From: Octopus sinensis
Lineage: Eukaryota
Direction: 5' to 3'
DNA: 43,524 nt
Assembly (NCBI RefSeq): GCF_006345805.1
Contig: NW_021835031.1
Location: 1-43,524, forward strand
Shown: one piece after another, positions 1-12,490 of the stretch
How the letters are laid out: each line of letters begins with the position of its first letter
Position numbering within the stretch: position 1 is the first letter of the stretch
Notes under the pieces: generated by a model
What the model was told of the DNA's origin: nothing
The model's input: only the letters and a program-made list of their open reading frames with translations
Database searches by the model: none
Made by a program: the position numbers and the translations under genes

Positions 1-480
1 CTATACTAAATATATATATATATATTATTTTACACATGTGCTATAATGTGTATACATAAACATAGATATATATTTGGTATATAATATATATCTATATATA
101 TATTGGATACATATTGTTTGTATAATATGTGTATTGTGTATATATATATATATATATATACTATATATATGTGTGTATATATATATGTATATATATATGT
201 GTGTATATATATTTACGTACCTGCATATATACATCCATACATATATGTATACACATACGTATATAATATATCTATACAGGCATATATGTATGTGTGTATA
301 CACACACGCACACGCACACACAAACACATATATGCATACGTATACACACATATACACATACGTACATACATACATACATACATACATACATACATACATA
401 CATACATACATACATACATACATACATACATACCTACCTACCTATATACATAAGTATATATATATATGTACTTATATCCA
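1..480. repeat. Compound microsatellite (TA)n/(TG)n/(CA)n/(TACA)n/(CCTA)n
   Basis: Directly visible; explains the YI/TH/MYVC ORFs. Confidence 0.95.
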
Positions 481-814
481 ATATAATAGTCAACAATTTG
501 GTGCTAAAGTTTTCATTCCTCTCTGGAATTATTGAGTTTGAATTGAATAGCTTTTTCGCATTTTAGCAGGATTTCGCTTGTTTTAGAGAATTCTTCGTTA
601 AGTTAATCGATTCGCTTGTTTCTTTAGGTTTGTAGATGCGGAAATGTGCCATAATAGTATAATACAATAGAAAAGGACAGCAAGCAACGGTATTCTTCCT
701 TACGGGTCTCCATTCTTCGAATCACCTTATGTGCATAGAAACAACGGCGATATCTTTCGGAAATTTATCTTGCTTTTTATTGTTGGAATAAATTGTTAGT
801 GTTGTTAGTTTTTT

Positions 815-1052
815 TTATGTATGCAAGTAGTATGTATATGTTGGTAACGCATATGTCTACGTATGTACCACTGTACTATGTAAGTGTATGGCTATATATG
901 TATGCATATGTGTGTATATACATACATGTGTATGTTGGACATGTATATGCAGGTGTGTGTTTTATTTATGTATGCACGTACGTATATGTACGTTTCTAGG
1001 CATCTATGTATATGTATATTATATATTGATGTTTGTATGTAGGTATGTAGTG

Positions 1053-1095
<43 letters not shown>

Positions 1096-1420
1096 ATATA
1101 AATACCAATATACGTACGAACGTATGCATGTATATATCTATCATGTATGCATATGTGTATGTATATACATACGTATATATATATATATATATTATATATA
1201 CATATATATATATACATTATTATATTACATATATATATAACATATATATTATATATATATATATGTATGTTATATATATATATGTTATAATATATGTAAT
1301 GTATATGTTATATATGTAAATATATATATATATCATATATATAATATATATATATTTATATATGCATGTGTGTGGTAGATTGGTCCGTACGTGCGTATAT
1401 ATGTATGCTTACAAGTATGT
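815..1420. repeat. Degenerate (TA)n/(TATG)n microsatellite field
   Basis: Directly visible. Confidence 0.9.
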
Positions 1421-1571
1421 ATATATGAGGGTGATTGCAATATCGGAAACCATCGAACAGTTAGAGCGCACAAGGTGACTGTTATTTTGTGAAGATCATT
1501 GACTAACGGACATTATTATTCTTTTGTTGTTATTGTTGTTGTACTTTTGGTGGTTTTTGCTGATGTTGTTA

Positions 1572-1950
1572 TTTACTCTTTACTCTCTTTTATTTGTTTC
1601 AGTCATTTGAATGTGGCCAAGCTAGAGCATTGCTTTTACTCGACCAAATCGACCCCGGGACTTATTCTTTGTAAGCCTAGTACAAAAGAGATTCTATCGG
1701 TCTCTTTTGCCGAACCGCTAAGTGACGGGGACGTAAACACACCACCATCGGTTGTCAAGCGATGTTGAGTGGGGGGGGGCAAACACAGACACACAAACAT
1801 ATATACACACACCACTATATATATATACATATACACGACGGTCCGAGGCTATAGTAGAAGTTATTTGCTCAAGGTGCCATGCAGTGGGACTGAACCCAGA
1901 ACCATGTGGTTGGTAAGCAAACTACTTACCACACAGCCACTCATGCGCCT
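1572..1950 (-). mobile_element. tRNA-derived SINE, family C (CORE-like segment, internal TA/TG microsatellite, TAAAAGAG-type tail)
   Basis: Reverse complement aligns by eye to copies at 19504-19898, 26217-26634 and 31151-31572; head GGCGCA-GAGTGGCTGTGTGG, B-box-like GGTTCAGTCC. Confidence 0.9.
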
Positions 1951-2604
1951 ATTTACTTAAGTTTCTTATTTTGCTTTGTTCGATTCCTCTAATAACAAAC
2001 TCTTACTCTTCTTCCTGAGTATTCGGTAAAAATAGAGTACCATTATACCACTGGCGTACTCTTGTTGATTTACTCAACCATAATAATCTTCCAAATTTGA
2101 GGTCTTTTACATTTGTTAAGAAATTAATCCTTTTTATTATTGTAGTGGGATGCAACGCAAGCAATGTTCCTGTGTCTAGGGACAATGGCGAATGCGTTCT
2201 ACGGTGAACGAGGTCGAAAGGATTTGAGGACAGACACCTCCCTCTTCAGTCAAGCCAGCATCTTCTTTTTTAAAGTTTTACTGGTAAAAGAAAATAAGGG
2301 TGGACACAGAGGTGCTGTATCTCAGTGAAATTGCCAAAACGTGCGTAACTGCGGGAAAATGGTTAGGGCCTACCCCCAGTAGGTGTCTGTAGATTGGCGA
2401 ACAGAAGTTGGACGACAGCTGTAGGTACTTTGTATAGTGGCTATGGCAAAAGAGGTTGTCTACCTAAAACAGGACTTAAACATGATCTAAACAGATACTA
2501 AACAGGACCTAAAACGGATACCTCTGCTCAGTGAAACACAGGGGTAGATCTAATCGACTGGCACCCTCTCCCAAACTTCAGGCCTTGTGTTAAAGATTAT
2601 CGCT

Positions 2605-3425
2605 GTTGTTGTTGTTGCTGTTATTGTTGTTGTTGTTGTTGTTATTATTATTACCCACCTACTCATCCTCACAGCCACTAGGACACCCCATCATCATCAC
2701 CACCGTGTCACTCCCATCGACAGTATCTTCTTCATGATCGTCGTAGTCGTCGTCGTTCTTCTTCTTCTTCTTCTTCTTCTTCTTCTTCTTCTTCTTCTTC
2801 TTCTTCTTCCTCTCACCTTCTTCCCGTCTCACCTTCTTCCTCTTCCTCATCATCATTATCTTCCCCTTCATCATCATCATCATCTTTACTGTGTCATTTT
2901 TAACTGTTGCTGCTGCTGTTGTTTTTGCTGTTGTTGTTCTTCTTCTTCTCACCACCACCACTACCACCACTACCACCGTCATCCTCCTCCACCTCCTCAT
3001 CGTCATCGTCGTCATCATCATCATCATCATCATCATCATCGTCGTCGTCGTTGTCGTCATCATCATCGTCATCGTCATCGTCATCCTCCTCCTCCTCCTC
3101 CTCCTCACCATCGTCATCATCATCATCATCATCATCATCATCGTCGTCGTCGTTGTCGTCATCATCATCGTCATCGTCATCGTCATCCTCCTCCTCCTCC
3201 TCACCATCGTCATCATCATCATCATCATCATCGTCGTCGTCGTTGTCGTCATCATCATCGTCATCGTCATCGTCATCCTCCTCCTCCTCCTCCTCACCAT
3301 CGTCATCATCATCATCATCATCATCGTCGTCGTCGTTGTCGTCATCGTCATCGTCATCCTCCTCCTCCTCCTCCTCCTCACCATCGTCATCATCATCGTC
3401 ATCATCATCATCATCATTGTAGTTA
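2605..3425. repeat. Compound trinucleotide array (GTT, CTT, CAT, CGT, CCT) with about 90-bp higher-order periodicity in 3000-3400
   Basis: CACCATCGTCATC recurs at 3106, 3202, 3295 and 3379. Confidence 0.9.
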
Positions 3426-3460
3426 TTGATAGTCAATCTTTCAAGCTACTAAGCTAGTTA

Positions 3461-3538
3461 GAAAAAAAAAGCAAAAAAAAAAAGCAAAAAAAAAAAGCAA
3501 AAAAAAAAAGCAAAAAAAAAAAGCAAAAAAAAAAAAGC
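3461..3538. repeat. 13-bp period GC(A)11 array
   Basis: GC at 3471, 3484, 3497, 3510, 3523 and 3537, separated by A runs. Confidence 0.95.
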
Positions 3539-3825
3539 ACATTTCTGAGGATGAAACGGAAAAAAAAAATCTAACAGCAAAATTCAAAAGGCCAATTAAA
3601 AAGCAATCTGAAAGAGCGAGATATTTAAACTTTACATCAAAAGTTGGTGTCTGCAATGTTTATTTCCATTTGCTTTTCGCTTCGTGTTATATGTTTGTAT
3701 CTATTTACCTTATTTACTTTGAAACGGAGTCGAAATATTTAGTTGTAACGTGGCACAATTGTTGGGGAGGAAACCTAGACGTTCGCTAATTAGAAATAAA
3801 TACCACGTATGAATAAAAAAATCTA

Positions 3826-4213
3826 GACACAAGCGTGGCTGTGTGGTTAGGAGTTTGCTTTCCAGCCACATGGTTCCTGGTTCCGGTTTCAGTCCCACTG
3901 CATGGCACCTTGCGCCAGTGTCTTCTGCTCTGGCCTCAGACGGATCGAAGCCTTGTGAGTGGATTTGAAAGAAGCCCGTCGTGTATATATGCATACATAT
4001 GTATGTATTTGTGTCTGCGTTTGTCCCCCACCGCCACTTGATAGCTAGTTTTGGTGTGTTCACGTCCCTGTAACGTAGCGGTCCGGCAAAAGGAATCGAT
4101 TGAGTAAGTACTAGGCTTAAAGAATAAGTCCTGGGGGCGATGTGTTCGACTAAAACACTTCAAGGAGTTGCCCTAGCATGGCCGCAATGAAATGAGTGAA
4201 GAAAGTAAAAGAT
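3826..4213 (+). mobile_element. SINE family C, diverged full-length copy
   Basis: Head, CORE-like TGGCACCTTG-G-CA-GTGTCTTCT, internal microsatellite and tail all present. Confidence 0.85.
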
Positions 4214-4220
4214 ATATATT

Positions 4221-4384
4221 TATGTACGACGGGCTTCTTTCAGTTTCCGTCTACCAAATCCACTCACGAGGCTTTGTTCGGCCCGAGGGTATAGGAGAAG
4301 ACACATGCCTAAAGTGCCACGCAGTGGGACTGAACACGGAACTAGATCGTTGGTAAGCAAGCCACTTACCACACAGCAACTCCT
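4221..4384 (-). mobile_element. SINE family C, 5' half, inverted relative to the 3826 copy
   Basis: TACGACGGGCTTCTTTCAG...CTTACCACACAGC matches the 5' half of family C. Confidence 0.85.
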
Positions 4385-4930
4385 TATGATTTGTATAGTT
4401 CCGATAAAATCCTTTATGCTAAACCAGCAAGCAGTAAGGTTCCACGATATATTCACGACCCGCTACCTAGCGAGTAACATTGCGAGCAATATATATTTTC
4501 AACAAATGGCGTCGTATTAGTGAAAATACAATTGCATAGAGTTTGTACTGCGCAACAAATGATGACGAGGAAAACGTAAATAAATAAATAAATAAATGAA
4601 TAAATAAATAAATAAAAACATCTTTACCGAACCTAAAATTGTTCAGGTGTTAATTCTATTATACTTTCGGAGTTTATTCTTCAGGTACCGCATCTCTACG
4701 TTGATGTTTGATTGGTATTTTTCTTGTAATAAAACTCAAGAGTTTTACCACTACCGTTAATTCAGTTAACTTACGTTAATCTAGTTTTCATCTAGTTTTA
4801 TATACTATGGAATCGCTGTTTACCAATGTTTTCCTGTCTACTTTGGTTTCAGGGAGTGAGTTTTAATGAACCGTAACATCTCTTTATTATTAATGCTTGG
4901 CAACCTACGAGAAGCCAGTCAATCACTCAC

Positions 4931-5180
<250 letters not shown>

Positions 5181-5342
5181 GTTCCTGTCTAAAGTTGAAT
5201 TAAATATTCTATTTTAAAGTTATCGCATACCTGGATATCATACACAAATACATGCGTACACACAAAAACACACGCACACACATATTTATACACACCTACA
5301 TCATGTACCTGTATATACACACAGATATATATATATACATAT

Positions 5343-5390
<48 letters not shown>

Positions 5391-6186
5391 GTATATAAAT
5401 ATAACCTTTTTTCACATTTATGTATATATACATATATGTATACATACAAATATATACACGCACATACGCATACATGCACATACATATAAAGTGAAAAAGT
5501 GACCCAGAGACAGAAATTGGATATAAACATTGTTCATTTATACTTAAAGGTTGTAATCTGAGCAAGTTTTAGTATTTTCACTCTATTAAAACTCAATTAG
5601 TTTATATTACCATTCTACAACGGAATGGCATTGTTCCAGAGAAAGAAATTGGTTACAAAGGCTCGCTTGGGTGTTACATAAACACGTTCACAACACGCAT
5701 ACTACACTATATATATATAAATATATATAGTCAATAATAATAAGGGTAAAATTAATTAATTAATTAATTAGTAATTAATAATTTTACCAAGCAGTGTTCA
5801 GTATGTAAAAGGACCATTTACGGTAAATATAAACATTACTTTATATAATAAGGGTTCAGCAAAAAAATTTGCTTTACCACATACCGAACTTTTAGAAATA
5901 GCAGCCAAAGAATTTAGCTATTTCCTCTACTATAAGAAGAATATCCCAGACAATGTATATTCAAATTTATATTCAGAAAATGGAGATGTAGCATTATTAG
6001 ATTTTATTAACTGCAAAATGTCAACATTATTCTCTTAAAGGCGTTTCGATTTTGCCCAAAGAATTAAATTCCAGTTATTAAAATATTTTATAAGGCAAAA
6101 TTCTTATCAGAGGAGTAGGAAAGATACATCGTTAGGTTATTAGATGTTATTCTTCCCAAAACATCTTAATAGAGAAGTTTTGGACG

Positions 6187-6400
6187 TGTGTGATTGCGTT
6201 TGCCTCCCACCACCGGTTGAAAATCGGTGTTGGTGTGTTTACGTCCCTATAAATTAGTGGTTCGGCAAAAGAAACTGAGAGAATAATTTCTAAGTTTAAA
6301 AATAAAATAAAAATTACATGGGTCGAATCATTCTACTAAGAATTCTTCAAGGTGGTGCCCCAGTATGGCCGCAGTCAAATGTCTAAAACAAATAAAAGCT
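6187..6400 (+). mobile_element. SINE family C, 3' half, diverged
   Basis: GGTGTGTTTACGTCCC...GGTTCGGCAAAAG...ATGGCCGCAGTCAAATG motifs. Confidence 0.75.
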
Positions 6401-7098
6401 AAACAATAAAAAAAAAATATTTGTTTATTTTTTAAGAAACCAGTTTTATTTTTCGAAATAATATTTAAAATTTTATTATCAGATTAGTTAAAGTGTTTAA
6501 CATATTTTCAACATAAAAATCAAATTTAATCTTTATTTCTCCCGCAAAATCTAAAGCTTCTCGTCTGTATAAGAAGCTCTATATTTTTAAAGTCTTGATT
6601 TTCTTTATCAGTTTGTAACTAGTTTAATGATCCGTCATCCGGCTAATTATGTTTAGAAAAACATTTTTTTAGCATATTTGAAACATTTACAGATTTTATA
6701 TATATTTTGGGTCACTTATTTGTTATAAAAAATTTTCGAGAATTAAGCATTAAATGATAATATTAAATAAGTAATATCTTAAATGAAGTAGACAGCTTCT
6801 ATTCAGATTTTATTTCGTGGCAATATACTGAGAAAAAGATACAAAGGGGGAATGACTATAAAAATATTTGAGAATAAATTCTGGTTCAAAATGGCTGACG
6901 ACTTGTGGGCGTTAGATATACGCACACGTACAGGAATAGATAAAACAATGCAAAAATGTTTTTGATGGCCGTCTCGACAGTAGGGGAAGTCATGGCTATA
7001 GGCGCGGGCAAGACTATATGTTTTAGAAACTTGCTTCGCTGCTATGTAGTTTTAAGTTTAGTCTCAGCGCGCGGCACCAAGAGTAAGTATGTACCTAC

Positions 7099-7335
7099 TC
7101 GAGCCATGCCAGGCTCATAAGGGCCGGTTTCCCGGTTTCAGTGGCGTAGAAATTGCTCGCCTGGACAGGACGCCGGTCCATCGCAGGATTACTCATTTTT
7201 GCCAGCTGAGTGGACTGGAGCAAGGTGAAATGAAGTATTTTGCTCAAGAACACAACGCATCGCTCGATCCAGGAATCGAAACCACAACCTTACGATCATG
7301 AGTTCAACACCTTAACCACTAAGCCATGCACCTCC
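7099..7335 (-). mobile_element. CORE-type tRNA SINE with tail type 3 (CTGCGATGGAC...GAAACCGGG)
   Basis: Minus strand has B-box GGTTTCGATTCC and CORE-like TTGTGTTCTTGAGCAAAATACTTCATTTCACCTTGCTCCAGTCCACTCAGCTG. Confidence 0.8.
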
Positions 7336-7339
7336 ACCT

Positions 7340-7935
7340 AGAGTAAGTATCTTCAACTATAAACCTTGTCTGGCCAATACACTGAGAATAAATTTGGTAG
7401 ACGGAAACTGTGCGGAAGCCCATGTATACATGTTCATGTGTTTGTTTTTGTGTCTGCATTTGCCACTTCCACTGCTTGATAAGTGATGTTGGTTTGTGTA
7501 CGTTTCCGTAACTTGGTATTTTGGCAAAAACCATATCTATAAAATTCCATATCTATAAAACAGATTTAACACGTTAACCGTCACGGCTTGTTACTGGAAG
7601 TTACCGGTGACGCCACGTATTACGCGCGGTTACACTGCATACGGATTAATTACAAGGAAATGTAATTCTTTGCTTCATTTTCACAATATTCCAGAGCTAA
7701 ACTTTAATATCTAGTACCCATGTCATTTAGATATCTTCAGAACCATCTCAAAGATACAAATAAACTATTTTCTCAAAATATGAAAATGTGCCACTGGTGG
7801 TGCGCATGGCGTTTGTGTGCAGCTTGCGATGAACCACCGGTGGTACATGTGACGGTTAAAGTGTTAAGTACTTGAGTCGCTTTGTCCTCCTAAAACTCTG
7901 TATGGCCGCACTCCAGTGACTTCAACACGTAAAAG
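7340..7935 (+). mobile_element. Diverged SINE family C interrupted by a TTAA MITE
   Basis: TTTGGTAGACGGAAACTG before the MITE and ATGGCCGCA...AAAAGATAAA tail after it. Confidence 0.6.
7570..7863. mobile_element. piggyBac-like MITE (294 bp)
   Basis: TTAA at 7566-7569 and 7864-7867; 15-bp TIRs CACGTTAACCGTCAC / GTGACGGTTAAAGTG with one mismatch. Confidence 0.8.
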
Positions 7936-8084
7936 ATAAATAACTATTGATATCGGAATGCCACAAGATGACAGCGAACAGTGACACTGAACCCGAAATC
8001 ACGTGGGTACAAAGGGAACTTCTAAACCAAACAACCACATCTGCGCTTATAGACACATGCACAAATAGTAAATATATATTTTTT

Positions 8085-8231
8085 TATTGCCCACAAGGGG
8101 CTAAACATAGAGGGGACAAACAAGAGCAGACAAAGGTATTAAGTCGATTACATCGATCCCCAGTGCGAAACTGGTACTTAATTTATCGATCCCGAAAGGA
8201 TGAAAGGCAAAGTCGACCTCGGTGGAATTTG
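8085..8231 (-). mobile_element. SINE family D, 5'-truncated
   Basis: GGATGAAAGGCAAAGTCGACCTCGG and tail match family D copies. Confidence 0.85.
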
Positions 8232-8685
8232 TTTGTCCCCCAAGATCAGTTCATGAATTTTCGTGATGTTTTCATTCGTTCGGGAGGTCAGCCGTTGCCC
8301 TGAACGAGGTTGGTCTTCAAGCGACAAGTGACCATTCTTAAAGCGTGAAAACCACTCGCAAACTTGTGTTTTGCTCATGGCAGCGTCCTTGTAAGTTGTT
8401 TGAAGTATGACATCTGTTTCGGCCACCGTTTTCCCCCAGCAGAAAACAGAATTTCACGGAAACACGCTGTCCCTTCGTTTCAGCCATCGCAAAAATCAAC
8501 GAACAGGGAAGAAAGACAGCAAAAAAAAAAAGACGCACCACGTGGCAACATGAGTGCATTGGATGACACCGGTCGGCAAACTGATTCCTGAGGGTCGCAT
8601 CAAGTGGCTTCTAGCGGCGGAATCCTGAACTACATTGAGCTTGTCCCACAGAGAACGTCTCTGGTTAGTTTTGAGTACCTCTTCG
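8232..8685 (-). pseudogene. Mariner transposon 5' portion with frameshifted transposase N-terminus
   Basis: Two frames give QRVSVKFCFLLG and ETDVILQTTYKDAAMSKTQVCEWFSRFKNGHLSLEDQPRSG (mariner HTH and the ED-PRSGRP-like linker); TIR-like TA|CGAAGAGGTACTCAAAACT at 8687. Confidence 0.85.
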
Positions 8686-8717
8686 TATATATACATATAC
8701 AAAAAACATCACTCTCT

Positions 8718-8768
<51 letters not shown>

Positions 8769-8774
8769 TATATA

Positions 8775-8998
8775 TTGGGTTGTTCGGAAAGTTCATGCCG
8801 ATTTATAGTAGCTTACCTTTCGACTTACCCTCCCAGGCACCTCATTTCTGGGAAGAGGGTATTTTCAAGTTAAAGGAAAGATGGAAATGCATTGTGCAAC
8901 AAAATAGTTCATATTTGGTTGATTAAAAATTAATGGCAAGTATTTATTGACCTTTTTCTTTCCTTTAAAAATCGACACGAACTTTCCGGACAGCCCAG
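8775..8998 (+). mobile_element. Mariner-derived MITE (internal deletion derivative) keeping the transposase C-terminus
   Basis: TA duplications at 8773-8774 and 8999-9000; about 30-bp imperfect TIRs TTGGGTTGTTCGGAAAGTTCATGCCGATTT / AAATCGACACGAACTTTCCGGACAGCCCAG; 8846-8926 encodes FWEEGIFKLKERWKCIVQQNSSYLVD*. Confidence 0.85.
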
Positions 8999-9809
8999 TA
9001 TACATACATATATATACATACTCTAATTTAACCAATGTATGTAAGTTGGAAGTAGTTATTTCAATGAATAACGGCAGTAACTTATATTCTGTGAAACCTA
9101 ATTCATTTCAAGATCATTTTGCAATAAGGATAACTTCTTACTGATCAAAAGAAAGCCGATGGCTAAACGTTCCATTTCTTTAAAAAACCCAGATATATTT
9201 TAGGAGAGTTGTGGCATATATCATTTAGAATCCTTCGAGGTATGAATAATTTGATAGCTCTAGTTTTCGGTACGACCAATAGTACACCTGGGGGGGGGGC
9301 GAACATTATTGTTGAACTGGACATTAACGGAATAGATTAGAAATGTTTTCGAAAGGTAATTATTACCGGCAGGATATTTATCTTAAAAATAATGCAGTTA
9401 GAAATATGAGGAAAAATTATGTAAATGTTATTGGATAGGTTTTGGAGGTTAAATTCGTTGATGGAAGTTGTAAAGTTCTTACAGCTGACTTTAATTTCCA
9501 TCCTATCGAAACGCTTATGATATTCATAATATATTGGAAAGCGTAGAGAAATTAAATTTAAGCTGTCTCTGGCAATATGAGATCAGCATTTAGAATAAAT
9601 ATTGGATTAGGTTATAGAAGATGTGTTTGTCTGTCTCACGCTTGGGGAAATTAATGTGAATGGTATATTGTATTTCATTACTGAAACCGCTATTACGAAG
9701 TGCCTGCTTATAATAACGAAGAGGACTATTAGATCCAGCTTCCTATCGAGATAATGATAAACGCTACCCAGTCTTTGCCAATGTTAGATACGACAACACA
9801 CACACACGA

Positions 9810-10297
9810 CCGACCGACTGACCGACCGACCGACCGACCTACCTACCTACCTACCTACCTACCTACCTACCTACCTACACACCTACCTAATACCTATTTC
9901 TTTACTACCCACAAGGGGCTAAACACAGAGAGGACAAACAAACAAGGACAGACAAACGGATTAAGTCGATTATATCGTTCCCAGTGCGTAACTGGTACTT
10001 AATTTATCGACCCCCAAAGGATGAAAGGCAAAGTCGACCTCGGCGGAATTTGAACTCAGAACGTAACGGCAGACGAAATACCGCTAAGCATTTTGCCCGG
10101 CGTGCTAACGTTTCTGCTAGCTCGTCGCCTTCCTACCTACCTACCTACCTACCTACCTACCTACCTACCTACCTACTTACCCACCCAACCACCTACCTAC
10201 CTAACTACCTACCTACCTACCTACCTACCTACCTATCTACCTACCTACCCACCCACCTACGCACCTACCTACCTACCTGCCTACCTACCTACCTACC
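9810..10297. repeat. (CCGA)/(CCTA)n array split by a SINE D insertion
   Basis: CCTA tracts on both sides of 9890-10130. Confidence 0.9.
9890..10130 (-). mobile_element. tRNA-derived SINE family D, full length
   Basis: Minus-strand head GGCGACGAGCTAGCAGAAACG, B-box GAGTTCAAATTCC, tail ...GTAGTAAAGAAATAGGTATT. Confidence 0.9.
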
Positions 10298-10490
10298 CGG
10301 TAGAATCGCCGGGTAAAATGCTTAACAGCATATCGTCCGTCTTTATGTTCTGCGTTAAAATTCCGCAGAGGCCGACATAACCTTTAATCTGTTTGGGGAT
10401 CGATAAAGTAAGTACCAGCTGGAAACTAGGTCGATGTAATCGATTTTCACCGCCACTGAAATTACTGGCCTTGTGCCAAATTATGAAACC
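10297..10490 (+). mobile_element. Old SINE D/E copy
   Basis: Degenerate match including AAGTACCAG and the GGCCTTGTGCC tail. Confidence 0.6.
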
Positions 10491-10530
10491 AATATAGTTT
10501 ATTTATCCGCCCAATATTCAATTTATCTCA

Positions 10531-11114
10531 GGCGACGAGCTGGCAGAATCGTTAGCACGCCGGGCGAAATGCTTTGCGGTATTTCGTCTGCCGCTACGTT
10601 CTGAGTTCAAATTCCGCCGAGGTCGACTTTGCCTTTCGTCCTATCGGGGTCAATAAATTAAGTACCAGTTACGCACTGGGGTCGATGTAATCGACTTAAT
10701 CCGTTTGTCTGTCCTTGTTTTTCCCCTCTGTGTTTAGTCCCATGTGGGTAGTAAAGAAACATATTTCGTCTGCCGCTACGTTCTGAGTTCAAATTCCGTT
10801 GAGGTCGACTTGGCCTTTCATCCTTTCGGGGTCGATTAAATAAGTACCAGTTACGCACTGGGGTCGATACAATCGACTTAATCCGTTTGTCTATCCTTGT
10901 TTGTCCCATCTGTGTTTAGCCCCTTGTGGGTAGTAAAGAAATAGGTATTTCGTTTGTCTTTATTTTCTGAGTTCAAAATTCCACCGAGGTTGATTTTGCC
11001 TTTCATCCTTTCGGGGTCGATAAATTAAGTATCAGTTGCGTACTGAGGTCGATCTAATCGACTGCCCCACTCCTCCAAAATTTTAGGCCTTGTGCCTAGA
11101 GTAGAAAAGAATAT
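10531..11114 (+). mobile_element. Internally tandemised SINE D (head + 3 units + terminal tail E)
   Basis: TATTTCGT unit starts near 10580, 10762 and 10946; only the last unit has the CCTCCAAAATTTTAGGCCTTGTGCC tail. Confidence 0.85.
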
Positions 11115-11128
11115 TCTATTTAACTTTA

Positions 11129-11583
11129 GAGCGGTGGGCCGGTAGAGTCGTTAGCAGGCTGGGTAGAATGCTTAGTGACATTTCGTCCGACCTGATCCGA
11201 GTTCAAATTCCACCGAGGTCGACTTTACCTTTAATGTTTTCGGGGTCGATAAAGCAAGTACCAGCTGAGCACTGGGGTCGAAGTAATCGACTTACCCCTC
11301 ACATAAAATTGCTGGCCTTATGCCAAAATTTGAAAAATCAATATTAAAATTTTTTTTTTTTCTATATTAGATATTAAGTTTGAGAGCTGGCAAAACCGTT
11401 ACCACGTCGGACGAAATGTATAGCGATATTTCTTCCGGCTCTTCATGTACTGCGTTCAAAATCTGCCGAAGCCAACTTTGTCTTTCATTCTTACACCTTC
11501 GATGAAATAAGGGAAACCAGTCAAGTACTAGGGTCGATGTAAACGTCTTGTCCCCTTCCCTCCCCTCAAAACTGCGGGCCTCG
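11129..11583 (+). mobile_element. Two further diverged SINE E copies
   Basis: GAGTTCAAATTCCACCGAGGTCGAC in the first (11129-11340); degenerate second copy (11376-11583). Confidence 0.7.
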
Positions 11584-11940
11584 AATTCTGCAACAGACCT
11601 TGTGACCTCGGTCACTTGTTCATAACAGAAACCGGATAAGCAGCGGTTGTTAGGATGAAAAGATTTTGATGTTGTTCTTTTAGTCTCTAACTGGTTTCAA
11701 TCATTGGAATGCGGCCATGCTGGAGCAACGCTTTGACAGATTTAGTCGACTTCATCGTTTCCAGTACTTATGTCAGACTCGGTACTTAGTTTATCAATGT
11801 CTACTTCTCTACTCAATCACTTACAAGACACAACACAAAACAACAAACACACATCAAAAGTTCAGCATCTATGTATATATGCACCATGTTTAGATATGCA
11901 ATTATATGCACGAGAATACACACGCAAAGGAAAATATACA

Positions 11941-12034
11941 AATCGACTTCGGCGGAATTTGAACTCAGAACGTAAAGACAAAATAGCGATAAGCATTTCG
12001 CCCGGCGTGCTAACGATTCTGCCAGCTCACCGCC
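11941..12034 (-). mobile_element. SINE D head fragment
   Basis: GGCGGAATTTGAACTCAGAACG...CCAGCTCACCGCCT on the plus strand. Confidence 0.85.
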
Positions 12035-12219
12035 TGAGATAAATAGAATATTGGGCAGATAAATAAACTATATGCACTGACTCTGGTACAGCACATATAC
12101 ACACAAGCACGCACAAATACCTTGTTAATGAGGAAATTCCAATGAAGGAGCCTTGGGTCTAGGTTAGAAACCGGCACATTCTCTATTGGTAAGAAATCTT
12201 GAAATAAAACTGAATAATT

Positions 12220-12490
12220 ACACACACAGACACACACAGACACACACTCACACACACACACACAACACACACACACGCACGCACACACAGACACACACGC
12301 ACGCACACACACACGCACACATACACACAGACACACAGACACACACACACACACAACGCACGCACACACACACGCACACACACACACTGGCACACGCACG
12401 TACCTGTCTCTCACTCCTCCCTCTCTCTGTATATGTATATATATATGTGTGTGTTTGTGTATGTGTGTTTGTGTGTGTTTATGTATCATG
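12220..12490. repeat. (CA)n/(TG)n microsatellite
   Basis: Directly visible. Confidence 0.95.

Noticed and set aside
4655-4689. Minus-strand CUGAAGA...GAAA
   Set aside because: No helix II and no helix I pairing; at most a ruined relic.
9290-9345. GGANIIVELD, weakly like the Merlin/IS1595 GG-G-IVEIDE motif
   Set aside because: Too short, followed by a stop, and no downstream DDE motifs or TIRs were found.
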